IMG/VR virus record: IMGVR_UViG_3300017971_000339
Span: 1-54,184 of that record
Reading direction: 5' to 3' (one strand)
Length of the DNA stretch: 54,184 nucleotides
Source of the DNA: a virus
Lineage: Duplodnaviria; Caudoviricetes
The notes below the pieces were generated by a model that was given only the letters and a program-made list of their open reading frames with translations, had not been told where the DNA came from and did not search any database. Shown piece after piece: positions 27,320 through 37,434 of this stretch. The translations under genes were made by a program, and so were the position numbers. Positions within the stretch are counted from its first letter, which is position 1. Each line of letters starts with the position of its first letter.

Positions 27320-30136
27320 ATGGTAGAGAAAACAGGATTACAAGCAGTCTTTGAAACTAAAGAATTCCAGCAAGGACTGGAAATCTACAAAAAGGGTATG
27401 CAGGATGCGTTAAAGATAACCACCGAATCTACGGGTGGTATGTCAAGCGCGGGAAAAGAACTTGGCGGTATCATGGGAACCGGCGTATCTGGTGGCGCGG
27501 TGGCTGCTGGCGCTGCTCTGCTTGGCGTGGTCGCGATTGGAAAACAGGTAATTGAGGCATTCATGGGGATGGTCAGAGGGATAAAAGATTTTATTGGAGA
27601 ATCTATTAATCTCGCATCCCGTTGGGTTGAACTTGATATGGTTGCGCAACTCATGGGGCAGCGCGTAGGAATGACGACAGAAGAAGTCCACGCGCTAACC
27701 CAAGAATTGCAAGACGCTGGAATTAGAGCAGATGTAGCCAGCAAAGCGATTGCGCAATTCGTGCGTATGGAAATGTCGCCCGATTTGTCGCTTGCTCTTG
27801 GAAAGGTCGCGCAGGATTTGGCGGTGGTTTCAAAAGATGGCGCGGATTCATCTGAAACACTTGATCGTTTGATGCTCGGTATCCAGAGATTATCACCCCT
27901 TATTCTGCGTACCGCAGGAGTAAATGTTGATCTGCAGAATTCGTTCAAGGATTACGCCGCTACGCAAGGCATTGTCAATCGAGAATTGACGCAAGCGGAG
28001 AAACAACAAGCAGCCTATAATGCGGTACTGGAAGAGGGGGCAAAGGTTGCTGGCGCTTATGATATCGCAATGGAGAGCGCAGGAAAACAAATGCGTTCTC
28101 TTTCCGGACGAGAAATTCCCACTCTCAAAAATGCGATGGGCGCTCCATTCCAGGGTGCATTCCTGAATGTTGCCAAAGCTGCGAGAGAGGTAGTAAGTTC
28201 CTTCACCGAGGCGATTTCAGAAGGTGGCGCTCTGTATCCCATGATGGTTAGATTGGGAGCGATTGCGGACATTATCACCGAGGCATTAGCGAATCTTGCC
28301 ACAAATGGAACTAAGGCTGTAATTGCATTTCTGGGAAATCTATCATCCACCTTTGGCGATTCTGTTCAATCTGCGTTTGATTGGGGATTCGAGTTGGTTG
28401 TCAATTTTGCGCAAGGTATCATCGATGCAGCTGCCAGCGTATTGGTGCAAGCGATCAATTATTTGGGTAGTATCCTCGCTGGATGGCTTGCTCCTGGATC
28501 TCCTCCTAAAGTTGCCCCCGATATTATCAAATGGGGAGTTGGGGCAATGAATGAATACCTAAAGGGATTTACATCCGCTGATTTCGGGATACTAAAAAGT
28601 ATTCAATCCCCACTAAAAAGCGCCTTTGATCTGATGGTAAGCACCGGACAAAAAACACGCAAGCAAGCGAGCGAGGCATTCTTGGGTTTGACAGAAGATA
28701 TCGCCGAGGCGTTATCTGGCGGAGATGCTGGCGAGGGATTATTTAGTAAGATTGCATCACAAGCGGGGCAATTCGGGAATGAGATCGCCGATTTGGTACG
28801 AGATCAATTCGCTCTGGCAGGTGCTACGAATGAGGTTGCAGCTGCGCAGGAGCGCGTAAACGAAGCATTTGAAGATCAACAGAGAGCAGAACAATCTGTT
28901 AGAGATTTGACCAACGAATATAATCGCATGTTGCGAGCGGGTGCATCCGATGAAATGCTACAAGCGCAACTCGCACAAATCAACGCGTCTGAGGAGCAGG
29001 CGCTCATTGCAGCTGATCAAAAATCTGCAGCGGAGCAGGAACTTGCCGACAAACAGGAAATGCTGTCTGTTTTACAGGAGCAGGTAAAACTGCAAAGCGA
29101 ATTAGTAAAACAATTGCTAGATCTCGCTAAAATGGCAATTATCCCTGGGCAAACGATTCCTGGCGGTGCTGGCGGTGGCGTAGGAACAGAAACACCCGGT
29201 GGCGGTGGCGCGGGATTTGAGATTGATACAAGCTTGATATCTGACAAGATGAAAGAAGCAGTCGAGGCAGCGAAACGGGCGTTCCTTGAAAAATGGGAGG
29301 AGATGAAACGGATTGTCAAGGAAAAATTCAACGAAGCATTTGGACCTGCGATTGAAGAAGTCAAAGCAGCCTGGGGAGATTTTATTTCCGTTGCTAAACA
29401 ATTTTATGACGAGAAACTTGCTCCAACATTTGAGGCGATTCGCTTATGGGTTACGGAAACGCTCCCTGCTGCTTGGGCAGTATTTACCGCAAATCTAGCA
29501 GCGGTTTGGACATTCTTGAAAACTCTATTTGTGCCAGTATTGGAAGAACTTTGGGGAGCAATCAGTGATGTGTGGGAAATCTTGACGTTATCTCTAACTC
29601 CTGCATGGGATTTGTTTCATCAAACGATGGGATTGCTCTATTTGTTTATCAAGACATTTTTCTTAAAAAAATTGGGAGAAGTTGGAGAAAAGTTCGATGG
29701 ACTGGAATATTTAACAAATCTCTGGAAACTTGCAATCCTGGCGCTCAATGCGGGATTGTATTTGGTGAACGCGCAGCTGAAACGCTTTCGTGATTTCCTG
29801 GAAAAGATTAGAGATCTGATTCTGAATATGCCATCTTACAAGGATGTTACTAAACAATCTCCGGTTCCAATGGCAGAGGGATTAGCACTTGTCAATTCAC
29901 AGATGCGGGAATTCAGAAAAAATCTGGTAGGAACAAAGGTTGCTGTTGGAGAATTGAACGCAATGAATGTATCCAGCATGATCAATCCGCAAGTTGGTGG
30001 TACGTCCATGATTAGCCCATCCAGAACCAATGTGATGAATCTGCAGCAACAAAACAATATTCAATCGCCGATGGATTTAGCTACATTCCGCGCGATGTTT
30101 AATCAAGTTGTGCGTGAACAGTTTGCGGGAGTTTAG
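27320..30136 (+). CDS. Tape measure protein
   Basis: 938 aa, Ala/Gly-rich helical, Trp/Phe-periodic repeats, follows the chaperones. Confidence 0.9.
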   Translation: MVEKTGLQAVFETKEFQQGLEIYKKGMQDALKITTESTGGMSSAGKELGGIMGTGVSGGAVAAGAALLGVVAIGKQVIEAFMGMVRGIKDFIGESINLASRWVELDMVAQLMGQRVGMTTEEVHALTQELQDAGIRADVASKAIAQFVRMEMSPDLSLALGKVAQDLAVVSKDGADSSETLDRLMLGIQRLSPLILRTAGVNVDLQNSFKDYAATQGIVNRELTQAEKQQAAYNAVLEEGAKVAGAYDIAMESAGKQMRSLSGREIPTLKNAMGAPFQGAFLNVAKAAREVVSSFTEAISEGGALYPMMVRLGAIADIITEALANLATNGTKAVIAFLGNLSSTFGDSVQSAFDWGFELVVNFAQGIIDAAASVLVQAINYLGSILAGWLAPGSPPKVAPDIIKWGVGAMNEYLKGFTSADFGILKSIQSPLKSAFDLMVSTGQKTRKQASEAFLGLTEDIAEALSGGDAGEGLFSKIASQAGQFGNEIADLVRDQFALAGATNEVAAAQERVNEAFEDQQRAEQSVRDLTNEYNRMLRAGASDEMLQAQLAQINASEEQALIAADQKSAAEQELADKQEMLSVLQEQVKLQSELVKQLLDLAKMAIIPGQTIPGGAGGGVGTETPGGGGAGFEIDTSLISDKMKEAVEAAKRAFLEKWEEMKRIVKEKFNEAFGPAIEEVKAAWGDFISVAKQFYDEKLAPTFEAIRLWVTETLPAAWAVFTANLAAVWTFLKTLFVPVLEELWGAISDVWEILTLSLTPAWDLFHQTMGLLYLFIKTFFLKKLGEVGEKFDGLEYLTNLWKLAILALNAGLYLVNAQLKRFRDFLEKIRDLILNMPSYKDVTKQSPVPMAEGLALVNSQMREFRKNLVGTKVAVGELNAMNVSSMINPQVGGTSMISPSRTNVMNLQQQNNIQSPMDLATFRAMFNQVVREQFAGV

Positions 30137-30139
30137 CGT

Positions 30140-32173
30140 ATGTGGTCAAAGCTGATTGTCACCGATGGAACAAAAACAGGAACAGTGGATTTGCTCCGAA
30201 TACTAAAAGAGTGGTTGCCAACATTGGCAGCTGCAAAAGAATCCGGATATTGGTCTGGTTCATCTTTCACGCAGGGTCGCCAACTTTATGACAAGCAATT
30301 TGAAAACGTTATCGATACTTTCATGCTGGATATTTCTACCGGAGAACAATCTGATACTATCGCTCTGGTGAACCTGCTCATCGAATTGCTTGACAAAGCG
30401 GTTTCCTATTGGACAACGGACGAGCAAACTGATCCTGTTTGGCTGGAAATGCGCCCCGAATGCCAGGATGAATCCCAATATGCAATTATCATGGAGTATT
30501 CTCTACCGCAAATTGACGAGATCTTTGCACCGCCATTCTCTGGTTCCGGTTTGCTTGAAGGCATATCTCTAATCATAGAACACGGATTGTGGTCAGAGAA
30601 TGAACCTACGAGCGCCACAGCGATAGAATTGAGTGGTGGTAATAGCTTGATTTCAGAAAGCACAGACCGCAAATCAGTGTGGTTATCGAATTATTACGAT
30701 GATTCCCCGCTAACACATATTTTCGTATATGATGCTTCTGGGGGAACTTATACAAATATCACTGGATTAAGTGGAGTGAATTTATTGCCTGCGGTTCCAG
30801 CTGCAGGTGATTTTCTGTACATTGGTGTACAGGATGATGGAACCAATTCTCCATTTGACAATATTGTTTTCAATATTGGAACCGCAGCCAGCGGATTAAC
30901 GCTAACTCCTGAATATTCTACTGCTGCTGGATGGGCTGCTCTTCCAGTTGCTGGATATGGTTTCAGGGATGATACGAGTTTATTTACGAATACCGGCAGA
31001 AATATTATTGTATTTGATCCTGTTGGCGGGGCAAATCCCTGGTCAAGTAGAGTTGTAAATGGTGTCACAGCATGGTGGATTCGATTTTGGGTACAGATTG
31101 CAGTCGCTCCTGTATGCCCAACGCAACAAACGGATGCGATTTATACCAACCAGAATTCATTCTTTGAATTAGCATCTGACCAGATCTCAGGAACATATCC
31201 TGCGCAAGCCAAAATAGAATTATGGCGTAGGGATAATTCTAATAGTTTCAATGCTGCATTCATTACGCAAGGAACACAGGTTGTGGCTGGATTGCGCTCT
31301 CTTGATCGTGGAGCAGGATTTCAAGCATTCTTGAATACCTATAATAATGCTACGCCTACGGGTGTATCCTGGACGAATGGCGGGGCAAGTGCAACTGTGA
31401 CGAATTTATATGCTCCCACTTACCGTTTTGTGCGTTGGTCGTCTGGTGGCGTAGTTGCTCGCCCTGGAACAGCAATCGGATACTGGACAATCTCTGATCC
31501 AACATCCAGAGCGTATACTGGAAAATATCGCGCATTCCTGAGAGTGACGCAACAAGGAACCTTGGGAGATATGGAGGTGCGTCTTGGGATTGGAGCGGGT
31601 GGATTTGGTTCAACATCTTATTTCACAGAATGGAAACGGTGTTCCACTACCGCAAATGTGGCGCTCTTTCAAACTTTCGATATGGGTATTGTAGATATTC
31701 CTGCGCCTAATCCTGCGATTGCAAATTATGCTTATGATGTTTTTATTTCCGTTTGGGGAACAGATGACGGTGGCGTTAGTAATATTCAAATATATGATTT
31801 GGTGCTCATCCCCATCGATGAATGCCCTTTTGATGCGCAGGTAGTAACTGCTACCCCACTGTTTGATTTATTCAATATAAACAATCTTTTGGTTCCGGAT
31901 AGCATTACATGGCCAAAGATGGATATTGCCACTCCGAATCTTTCTGAATTGCTAGATGGAACATCAAAAACATATCAAGCAAATTGGCAAACCAGAACTC
32001 CTGGCGAGATCTTCTGGCAGCATGGAAAAGATCAACGCTTATGGGTTCTTCTGCTATACAATTATAATTATTTGACTGGTGGCGAGGTTGAATATTCGGG
32101 CATCTTTCACTCTGCGATTACTGTTAGAGCATGGCGTAATCAACGCTATAAAATGCTGCGCGGAGAATTATGA
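30140..32173 (+). CDS. Distal tail/baseplate protein with inserted beta-sandwich domains
   Basis: Directly after the tape measure; beta-rich. Confidence 0.6.
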   Translation: MWSKLIVTDGTKTGTVDLLRILKEWLPTLAAAKESGYWSGSSFTQGRQLYDKQFENVIDTFMLDISTGEQSDTIALVNLLIELLDKAVSYWTTDEQTDPVWLEMRPECQDESQYAIIMEYSLPQIDEIFAPPFSGSGLLEGISLIIEHGLWSENEPTSATAIELSGGNSLISESTDRKSVWLSNYYDDSPLTHIFVYDASGGTYTNITGLSGVNLLPAVPAAGDFLYIGVQDDGTNSPFDNIVFNIGTAASGLTLTPEYSTAAGWAALPVAGYGFRDDTSLFTNTGRNIIVFDPVGGANPWSSRVVNGVTAWWIRFWVQIAVAPVCPTQQTDAIYTNQNSFFELASDQISGTYPAQAKIELWRRDNSNSFNAAFITQGTQVVAGLRSLDRGAGFQAFLNTYNNATPTGVSWTNGGASATVTNLYAPTYRFVRWSSGGVVARPGTAIGYWTISDPTSRAYTGKYRAFLRVTQQGTLGDMEVRLGIGAGGFGSTSYFTEWKRCSTTANVALFQTFDMGIVDIPAPNPAIANYAYDVFISVWGTDDGGVSNIQIYDLVLIPIDECPFDAQVVTATPLFDLFNINNLLVPDSITWPKMDIATPNLSELLDGTSKTYQANWQTRTPGEIFWQHGKDQRLWVLLLYNYNYLTGGEVEYSGIFHSAITVRAWRNQRYKMLRGEL

Positions 32174-33390
32174 GTCAAATAGGTAGCTTTTTCTCACAAA
32201 AGGGTATTTCTATTTCTGCGTTTGATCCTGCGATTGATCCTGCAGGAGGAACATATAACCCAACTTATCAACCGTTTGACAAATCTCTAACGCATAGATT
32301 GCAGAGTTATTCTCATGATAAGGATGCAGTATGGGGATATAAATCGATTAGCATTACAATTACGGGGGAATTATTAGGGTATCTTGACAAATGGTACGAT
32401 GAAGGTCTGGGAGTTCACGTTGAGGCATATGATCAATCGGGGCGCGTGATTGTTGCTGGATTTGTAAATCGAATTACACTAGAAAGCGGAACCATATCAG
32501 CAAGTCGCGGCCCATTGATTGATTTGTGTAATCGCTGCAGCGTGATTTATACACCCATCCTGGATGTTTCCGTTTCGCCTCCATTGACAGGAGCAGAGAA
32601 AAGCACAGTAATTGTAGACGATGATCCAAGTCAACAGAAATATGGAATCATAGAAAAGGTGCTTTCTGGTGGGCAGCTGCTAGATGATGGCACAACCGAT
32701 GAGGCAGAAGATTATCGAGATCGTTATATAGACGAAAATCGAGAACCAGGAACCGGAGACAAAACGCTTAGTTTTGGAAATTCCGGAAATGCTACTATTC
32801 AACTTGAAATCTTGGGATATTACGCTTGGCTTAATTTATATATTTATTCAACGATTGCTACCGGAACAACAACTATTTCTGCAAAAATGCAATCTGTTTT
32901 GGGTGCGGACCCTAACGGGATATTCAGCACAAACTATTCTGAGATTGAAACCAACAATCTGCTAACGATGGCTTATGATAACGATAATAGAACCGCACAA
33001 GCGATCATTGAACGCATGGTTGAGCGGGGAAATGACACGGACGATAGGCGCAGAATTTTTGGTATATTTGACAGACAGCGAGCAGTATATAAAACCATTC
33101 CGGATGAATTCGATTATCTGTATAAGGTTTCTAGCAGAGATCAAAAGATTCGGCGCTATGGAACAGGAGATGCGGGTGCTGTTGTTGAACCCTGGAATGT
33201 TGATGCGGGTAAATGGTTGTTTCTGGGTGATTGGTTGCCTGGAAGATTGACAAGCACAATCAACAAAAAAGATGATCCGCGCGCTATGTTCCTTGATAGC
33301 GTTTCTTATTCTGCTCCGTATGGATTATCGCTCAACGGAATCGGGATTAGTGAATTATCCCAATATTTAGCAAAACTTGGAGTTGGGTAA
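32170..33390 (+). CDS. Tail tip/hub protein
   Basis: Position; DDPSQQKYGIIEK motif typical of tail hub proteins. Confidence 0.6.
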   Translation: MSQIGSFFSQKGISISAFDPAIDPAGGTYNPTYQPFDKSLTHRLQSYSHDKDAVWGYKSISITITGELLGYLDKWYDEGLGVHVEAYDQSGRVIVAGFVNRITLESGTISASRGPLIDLCNRCSVIYTPILDVSVSPPLTGAEKSTVIVDDDPSQQKYGIIEKVLSGGQLLDDGTTDEAEDYRDRYIDENREPGTGDKTLSFGNSGNATIQLEILGYYAWLNLYIYSTIATGTTTISAKMQSVLGADPNGIFSTNYSEIETNNLLTMAYDNDNRTAQAIIERMVERGNDTDDRRRIFGIFDRQRAVYKTIPDEFDYLYKVSSRDQKIRRYGTGDAGAVVEPWNVDAGKWLFLGDWLPGRLTSTINKKDDPRAMFLDSVSYSAPYGLSLNGIGISELSQYLAKLGVG

Positions 33391-34188
33391 ATGACCAACA
33401 ATCAGAAGAACGATTCTATGATGCAACAAGTAGATTCTCAGTATCGGAGAACCTATGCTCCCAATTATGCTTGGGCAGATGTGATGGGCGCTTACACTAT
33501 GATTCCAGGATTGCGCGGTTTTTGGCCTATGTCAACGGTCGATTATCAGGGGAACGCATTTGATTTTTCAGAAATAAGTCAAACGTTGACCTACGCTGGA
33601 AATCCAACCTATAATTTGCAGGGGCTTGCACCTTATATTGATCTTGATGGAACCGGAGATTATCTGTTTAGAAACGATCGCGCAGATTTGGATATTCTAG
33701 GAACAGAAACATATATTGCTCCTGCTTTGCAGGGAATGACCGTTGGCGGGTGGTTCTATTTTGATGTTTTGGGCTCAGTTGATATTCTTATGGCGAAAAG
33801 CGATCTGGGCGCACAACAATCATTTTTATTGTCAAAAAGTGTGCTTGATGTGATTAGCTTTTCAACCTATGCTGCTGGTGGAGGTGGTGGGGCTGCTACT
33901 GTTGGAGCAAACACGGTAGCTGCAACGAACTGGTATTTCATCGTGGGTAGATTTGATACGACTGCAAATGAGATGGATTTATTTACAGATGATGCGATTG
34001 AAAATCTTGCTGCAGGTGTTCCTGCTGCTATTTTCAACTCTACCGCCCAATTTACAATTGGCGCATCTTCTGGCGGTACATTCCCATTGAATGGGCGCGC
34101 GACGCTTTGTTTCTATACTGCAGCTGCGCTCCCAACAAGTTATATTCTTTCTCTATTTCATATTAGCAGAGCATTATTCGGGAAATAA
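33391..34188 (+). CDS. LamG-domain tail/receptor-binding protein
   Basis: LRGFWPM, LDGTGDYL, MTVGGW, WYFIVGRFD motifs. Confidence 0.75.
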   Translation: MTNNQKNDSMMQQVDSQYRRTYAPNYAWADVMGAYTMIPGLRGFWPMSTVDYQGNAFDFSEISQTLTYAGNPTYNLQGLAPYIDLDGTGDYLFRNDRADLDILGTETYIAPALQGMTVGGWFYFDVLGSVDILMAKSDLGAQQSFLLSKSVLDVISFSTYAAGGGGGAATVGANTVAATNWYFIVGRFDTTANEMDLFTDDAIENLAAGVPAAIFNSTAQFTIGASSGGTFPLNGRATLCFYTAAALPTSYILSLFHISRALFGK

Positions 34189-34191
34189 AAA

Positions 34192-34497
34192 ATGACTAAC
34201 GGAACCGGATCAACAATAGACAGCATCGAAAAGATTTTAACGGGTGATGAACCTCTCCCAGAGAGAACAAGCAATACTTTGCTTTTGGCTGCAATTAGAG
34301 CAAATTATCAAGCGAATGTTTGTACTTCTGATTTGCTCCTGGAACAGAGAGACAATATAAACAATCTTAACACAGCACTTAAGCTGCAACAAAAACAAAT
34401 GGATGATATCGAAAAGAAATCAAACAGATTCGATTTCCTGATTACCCTGCTTGCTGGCGTAGCGTCCAGCTTAGGTTTTTATTTTGGTCAAAAATAA
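34192..34497 (+). CDS. Coiled-coil protein with C-terminal TM helix (lysis-module membrane protein)
   Basis: Coiled coil followed by FLITLLAGVASSLGFYF. Confidence 0.55.
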   Translation: MTNGTGSTIDSIEKILTGDEPLPERTSNTLLLAAIRANYQANVCTSDLLLEQRDNINNLNTALKLQQKQMDDIEKKSNRFDFLITLLAGVASSLGFYFGQK

Positions 34498-34537
34498 TTT
34501 TGTGGTATAAATGTCAATGAAGTAAGGGAGCGTTGTC

Positions 34538-35176
34538 ATGAAGTTATCACGATCTGATTTTCTCAAATCAATGGGGGTTGTTGGATTTTCTGCTTTTTTT
34601 GGTGGCGATCAACCACCGGAACCCACCGAACACACCGTTTATCTTCCCGCCGTTTCTAATTGTGGTTCGAGCGATTATGCAAAATTGGTGGAATATGCGG
34701 TTCCATTTGGTCACATATCCCCTGGATTTACGTTTGTGGATTTTCCCTCATGCTCAAAATATATCTTGGAATGCACCGCTCGCATGAAATCAGAAATGGG
34801 CTGGATGCCCTGGATTCGATTCAACGATAACCGGAATTCTGTTTATCAGCAAGGGCAATTCCTAACCTGGGGTGATATAGATGCAATAGCAAACGACGAC
34901 AATTGTTTTGATCGTGTCTGGTTAGCTAATGTAATCCCACCAGATGATGATGATTTTCCGTATTCATTCAAGATGGAAGTGCAGAATATCGGAGAGATGT
35001 ATAAATGGTATTCTGTACGGGGAACCGCTGGAACTTCCACATCCAGGATAGTTGTATTTCAGATATCCGGTGTATTCAAGAGTATCAAACCGATTGAACA
35101 AATTGATCTAGGGATAAACTACCCAACCGGATTTTTCAATTCCGATTCCGTGGTTGCTCTGTATGGTGTGAAATGA
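34538..35176 (+). CDS. Putative exported protein with Tat-like signal peptide
   Basis: MKLSRSDFLKSMG (single-Arg variant of SRRxFLK), Pro linker, VYLPAV motif. Confidence 0.6.
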   Translation: MKLSRSDFLKSMGVVGFSAFFGGDQPPEPTEHTVYLPAVSNCGSSDYAKLVEYAVPFGHISPGFTFVDFPSCSKYILECTARMKSEMGWMPWIRFNDNRNSVYQQGQFLTWGDIDAIANDDNCFDRVWLANVIPPDDDDFPYSFKMEVQNIGEMYKWYSVRGTAGTSTSRIVVFQISGVFKSIKPIEQIDLGINYPTGFFNSDSVVALYGVK

Positions 35177-36210
35177 CAGAATTCGCGATTTCTCCTGCAG
35201 GAATTACTTATCCGCGCGTGAATATGCGCGATGAGTACGGCAGAGATCCGGTTCCTTACGAATCTCCACGTATCGTTGATCGGGTTATATCGATGCTCAT
35301 TCAAGCAACCGCAGCCAAAGAATCGTGGTTGCGGGGCATCGATCTGTCAAAATGGAATGGTGTTGTTGATTGGGGAGCAGTAGTTGAGCTGTATGATTTT
35401 GCTTTCATCAAAGCGTGTCAGGATAGAACGATAGATTCCCAATATGATCGTAATACTAATGAAGCTGCAAAGCGCAATTTTGATTTTGGGTTATATGCGT
35501 TTACTGATCCTCAGTATTCGAGCGGAGGAACGCAGGGTAAATTTTTTGCAGATTTGGTTGCGGGTAATCTATCGATGGTGATGGATGCTGAAAGAACGGG
35601 AGGTAAAACTGCTGCTCAATTAACCCTGTGGTATGAAGATTTCTATAACGAACTTGATTATGAATTACCAAAAAAGAAAAAGGATACTTATAATCGCTCA
35701 TCGTTCTGGAACCCGAATGTGTCGCGAGACAATCTCATCAAAGCGAATACGGGATTGTGGATTGCGCGTTATGCTGATTGGCTTGCTGGCCCCTGGGCAG
35801 ATGGGAAATATATCCCGTTAGATTGGGATGATTGGGTTCTCTGGCAGTATACGGATCGCGGCGATGGAAAAGCAATCGGAGAATCGTATGGACTAGATCT
35901 CAATTATTTTCAAGGTGATCGCACAGCATTCAATATTTACTACGGATTAGGGGATACTCCCCCACCAATAGAACCGCCAGGAGGAACAAATTTATGGGAA
36001 TTTGAAACGATAAGAAAAGTTAGGTATCGCACACAACCAGTTGTAAACCCTGCAACTGAGGTGGATTTTCTGTATGCTGGAAATCTAGTACAAGCAAAAG
36101 GAATTGTGGTTCCGAATGGATATGAGGCGTGGTTAGAGTTCGATATGAACGCAGAAACCTATTACACCGCGCTCATTCATTGGGGAACGCAATACCACAA
36201 ACCATTGTAA
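35173..36210 (+). CDS. Endolysin, GH25 muramidase with C-terminal SH3-like domain
   Basis: GIDLSKWNG, FAFIKA, MDAE, LWIARY, WQYT, LDLN motifs; PPPIEPP linker. Confidence 0.9.
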   Translation: MTEFAISPAGITYPRVNMRDEYGRDPVPYESPRIVDRVISMLIQATAAKESWLRGIDLSKWNGVVDWGAVVELYDFAFIKACQDRTIDSQYDRNTNEAAKRNFDFGLYAFTDPQYSSGGTQGKFFADLVAGNLSMVMDAERTGGKTAAQLTLWYEDFYNELDYELPKKKKDTYNRSSFWNPNVSRDNLIKANTGLWIARYADWLAGPWADGKYIPLDWDDWVLWQYTDRGDGKAIGESYGLDLNYFQGDRTAFNIYYGLGDTPPPIEPPGGTNLWEFETIRKVRYRTQPVVNPATEVDFLYAGNLVQAKGIVVPNGYEAWLEFDMNAETYYTALIHWGTQYHKPL

Positions 36211-36223
36211 GGAGTAAAGAATT

Positions 36224-36550
36224 ATGGAATTAACTGCACAACAAATTATGCTCATTGGTTTTATCGCCTCGCTGTTATCCGTAGGTGTAAAACTGTTCTC
36301 CGCTAAATTTGGCATAGAATTATCAAAGGCGTGGATGACCGCAATCGTTGCTGTAATCTCTATTGTGCTTGCGGTGCTTTTCAATCTACCCGCCCTGCCT
36401 GTTTATACTGATCCTATGCAATACGCTGCAGAATGGATTGCTCTAGCATCCGGATACGTTGGATTTGCTACGATTATATATAATATTCTTATTGATAAGG
36501 TTCTGGATAAACTCAAATTGACCTCAGAGCGTTTCTTGAAATTAGAATAA
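36224..36550 (+). CDS. Putative holin
   Basis: Three hydrophobic helices and a charged C-terminus, directly after the endolysin. Confidence 0.7.
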   Translation: MELTAQQIMLIGFIASLLSVGVKLFSAKFGIELSKAWMTAIVAVISIVLAVLFNLPALPVYTDPMQYAAEWIALASGYVGFATIIYNILIDKVLDKLKLTSERFLKLE

Positions 36551-36569
36551 TAATAAGATCTCAAAGAAT

Positions 36570-36600
36570 AAAAAATCCCCTCGAATTGAGGGGATTTTTT
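36570..36600. terminator. Bidirectional intrinsic terminator between convergent arms
   Basis: AAAAAATCCCCTC-gaatt-GAGGGGATTTTTT. Confidence 0.9.
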
Positions 36601-36625
36601 GTTTGATCATTTCTTTATTCTGAAT

Positions 36626-36862
36626 TTAAAATACTTGTTTGCCAAAAGAAATATCCGATTCATCATATGTCCCACCTTTGGAATTTCTGCGAAAACCAAA
36701 ACGTGTACCCTGTGACTGCGCATCGCCTATTTGTCGCTCTCCAATCTGTTCATCTGTTTCTGGTATATCAACAAGATCGGATAGGATGAAATACAAATCA
36801 ATTACGTCCTCAGATGACAGACTATCAATAACCCAATTTACTGCATTCCCTATAATGCCCAT
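36626..36862 (-). CDS. Hypothetical protein
   Basis: GAGGAG RBS on the minus strand. Confidence 0.55.
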   Translation of the reverse strand: MGIIGNAVNWVIDSLSSEDVIDLYFILSDLVDIPETDEQIGERQIGDAQSQGTRFGFRRNSKGGTYDESDISFGKQVF

Positions 36863-36897
36863 CTTATGCTCCTCTATTAGTGTTGAACTTAGATTTA

Positions 36898-36955
36898 AAC
36901 AGTTATTTACTCTAGGGAATCAGTTCCCAGAATATACGCCATCTCCAATTCTGCG
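36898..36955. repeat. Imperfect ~57-bp direct repeat, copy A
   Basis: Shares AATCAGTTCCCAGAATATAC core and flanks with 37378-37434. Confidence 0.8.
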
Positions 36956-37389
36956 TTATCGTATGGACTCTCGGCCTGCGCTGCTTCCATGCGCTCCTCT
37001 GGAACTTCTATCATATCAGTGAATATAAAACCTAATCCGATTGATACTCTGTCAAGAATGCCAAGCGAACTCTGTCCAGATGGCGGTAAATTTTCGATCC
37101 TATCTTGAATGGATTCTCCTGGACGAGCATCCTCAGTAAAGGCTCCATCAAATCTCTCAAATATATCGAAAACATCGTTCAATTCTTCGTAATCTTCTGG
37201 CGCTATTTCGTGCACTCCCTCAAATCTGACTTCGTGTAATTCTTCGTAATCTTCATCGTCAATCTCAAATAATTCATCCTGACACTCTTCATCCGTATAG
37301 ATGGGTTCAAATCTGATCTCATGGAATTCTATTTCATCGCTCATTTGTAATTTTTTCTCCTGTTGATTTTCGTTTTCAACAGTTGTCAC
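36907..37389 (-). CDS. Highly acidic protein with internal repeats
   Basis: D/E-rich; HE.RFE and EDYEEL each occur twice. Confidence 0.6.
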   Translation of the reverse strand: MTTVENENQQEKKLQMSDEIEFHEIRFEPIYTDEECQDELFEIDDEDYEELHEVRFEGVHEIAPEDYEELNDVFDIFERFDGAFTEDARPGESIQDRIENLPPSGQSSLGILDRVSIGLGFIFTDMIEVPEERMEAAQAESPYDNAELEMAYILGTDSLE

Positions 37390-37434
37390 TCTAGGAAATC
37401 AGTTCCCAGAATATACACCCTCCCCAATTTTGCG
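37378..37434. repeat. Imperfect ~57-bp direct repeat, copy B
   Basis: Matches 36898-36955. Confidence 0.8.

Noticed and set aside
36898-37434. CRISPR mini-array or attL/attR pair
   Set aside because: Only two imperfect copies ~480 bp apart with a gene between them; no cas or integrase gene recognised
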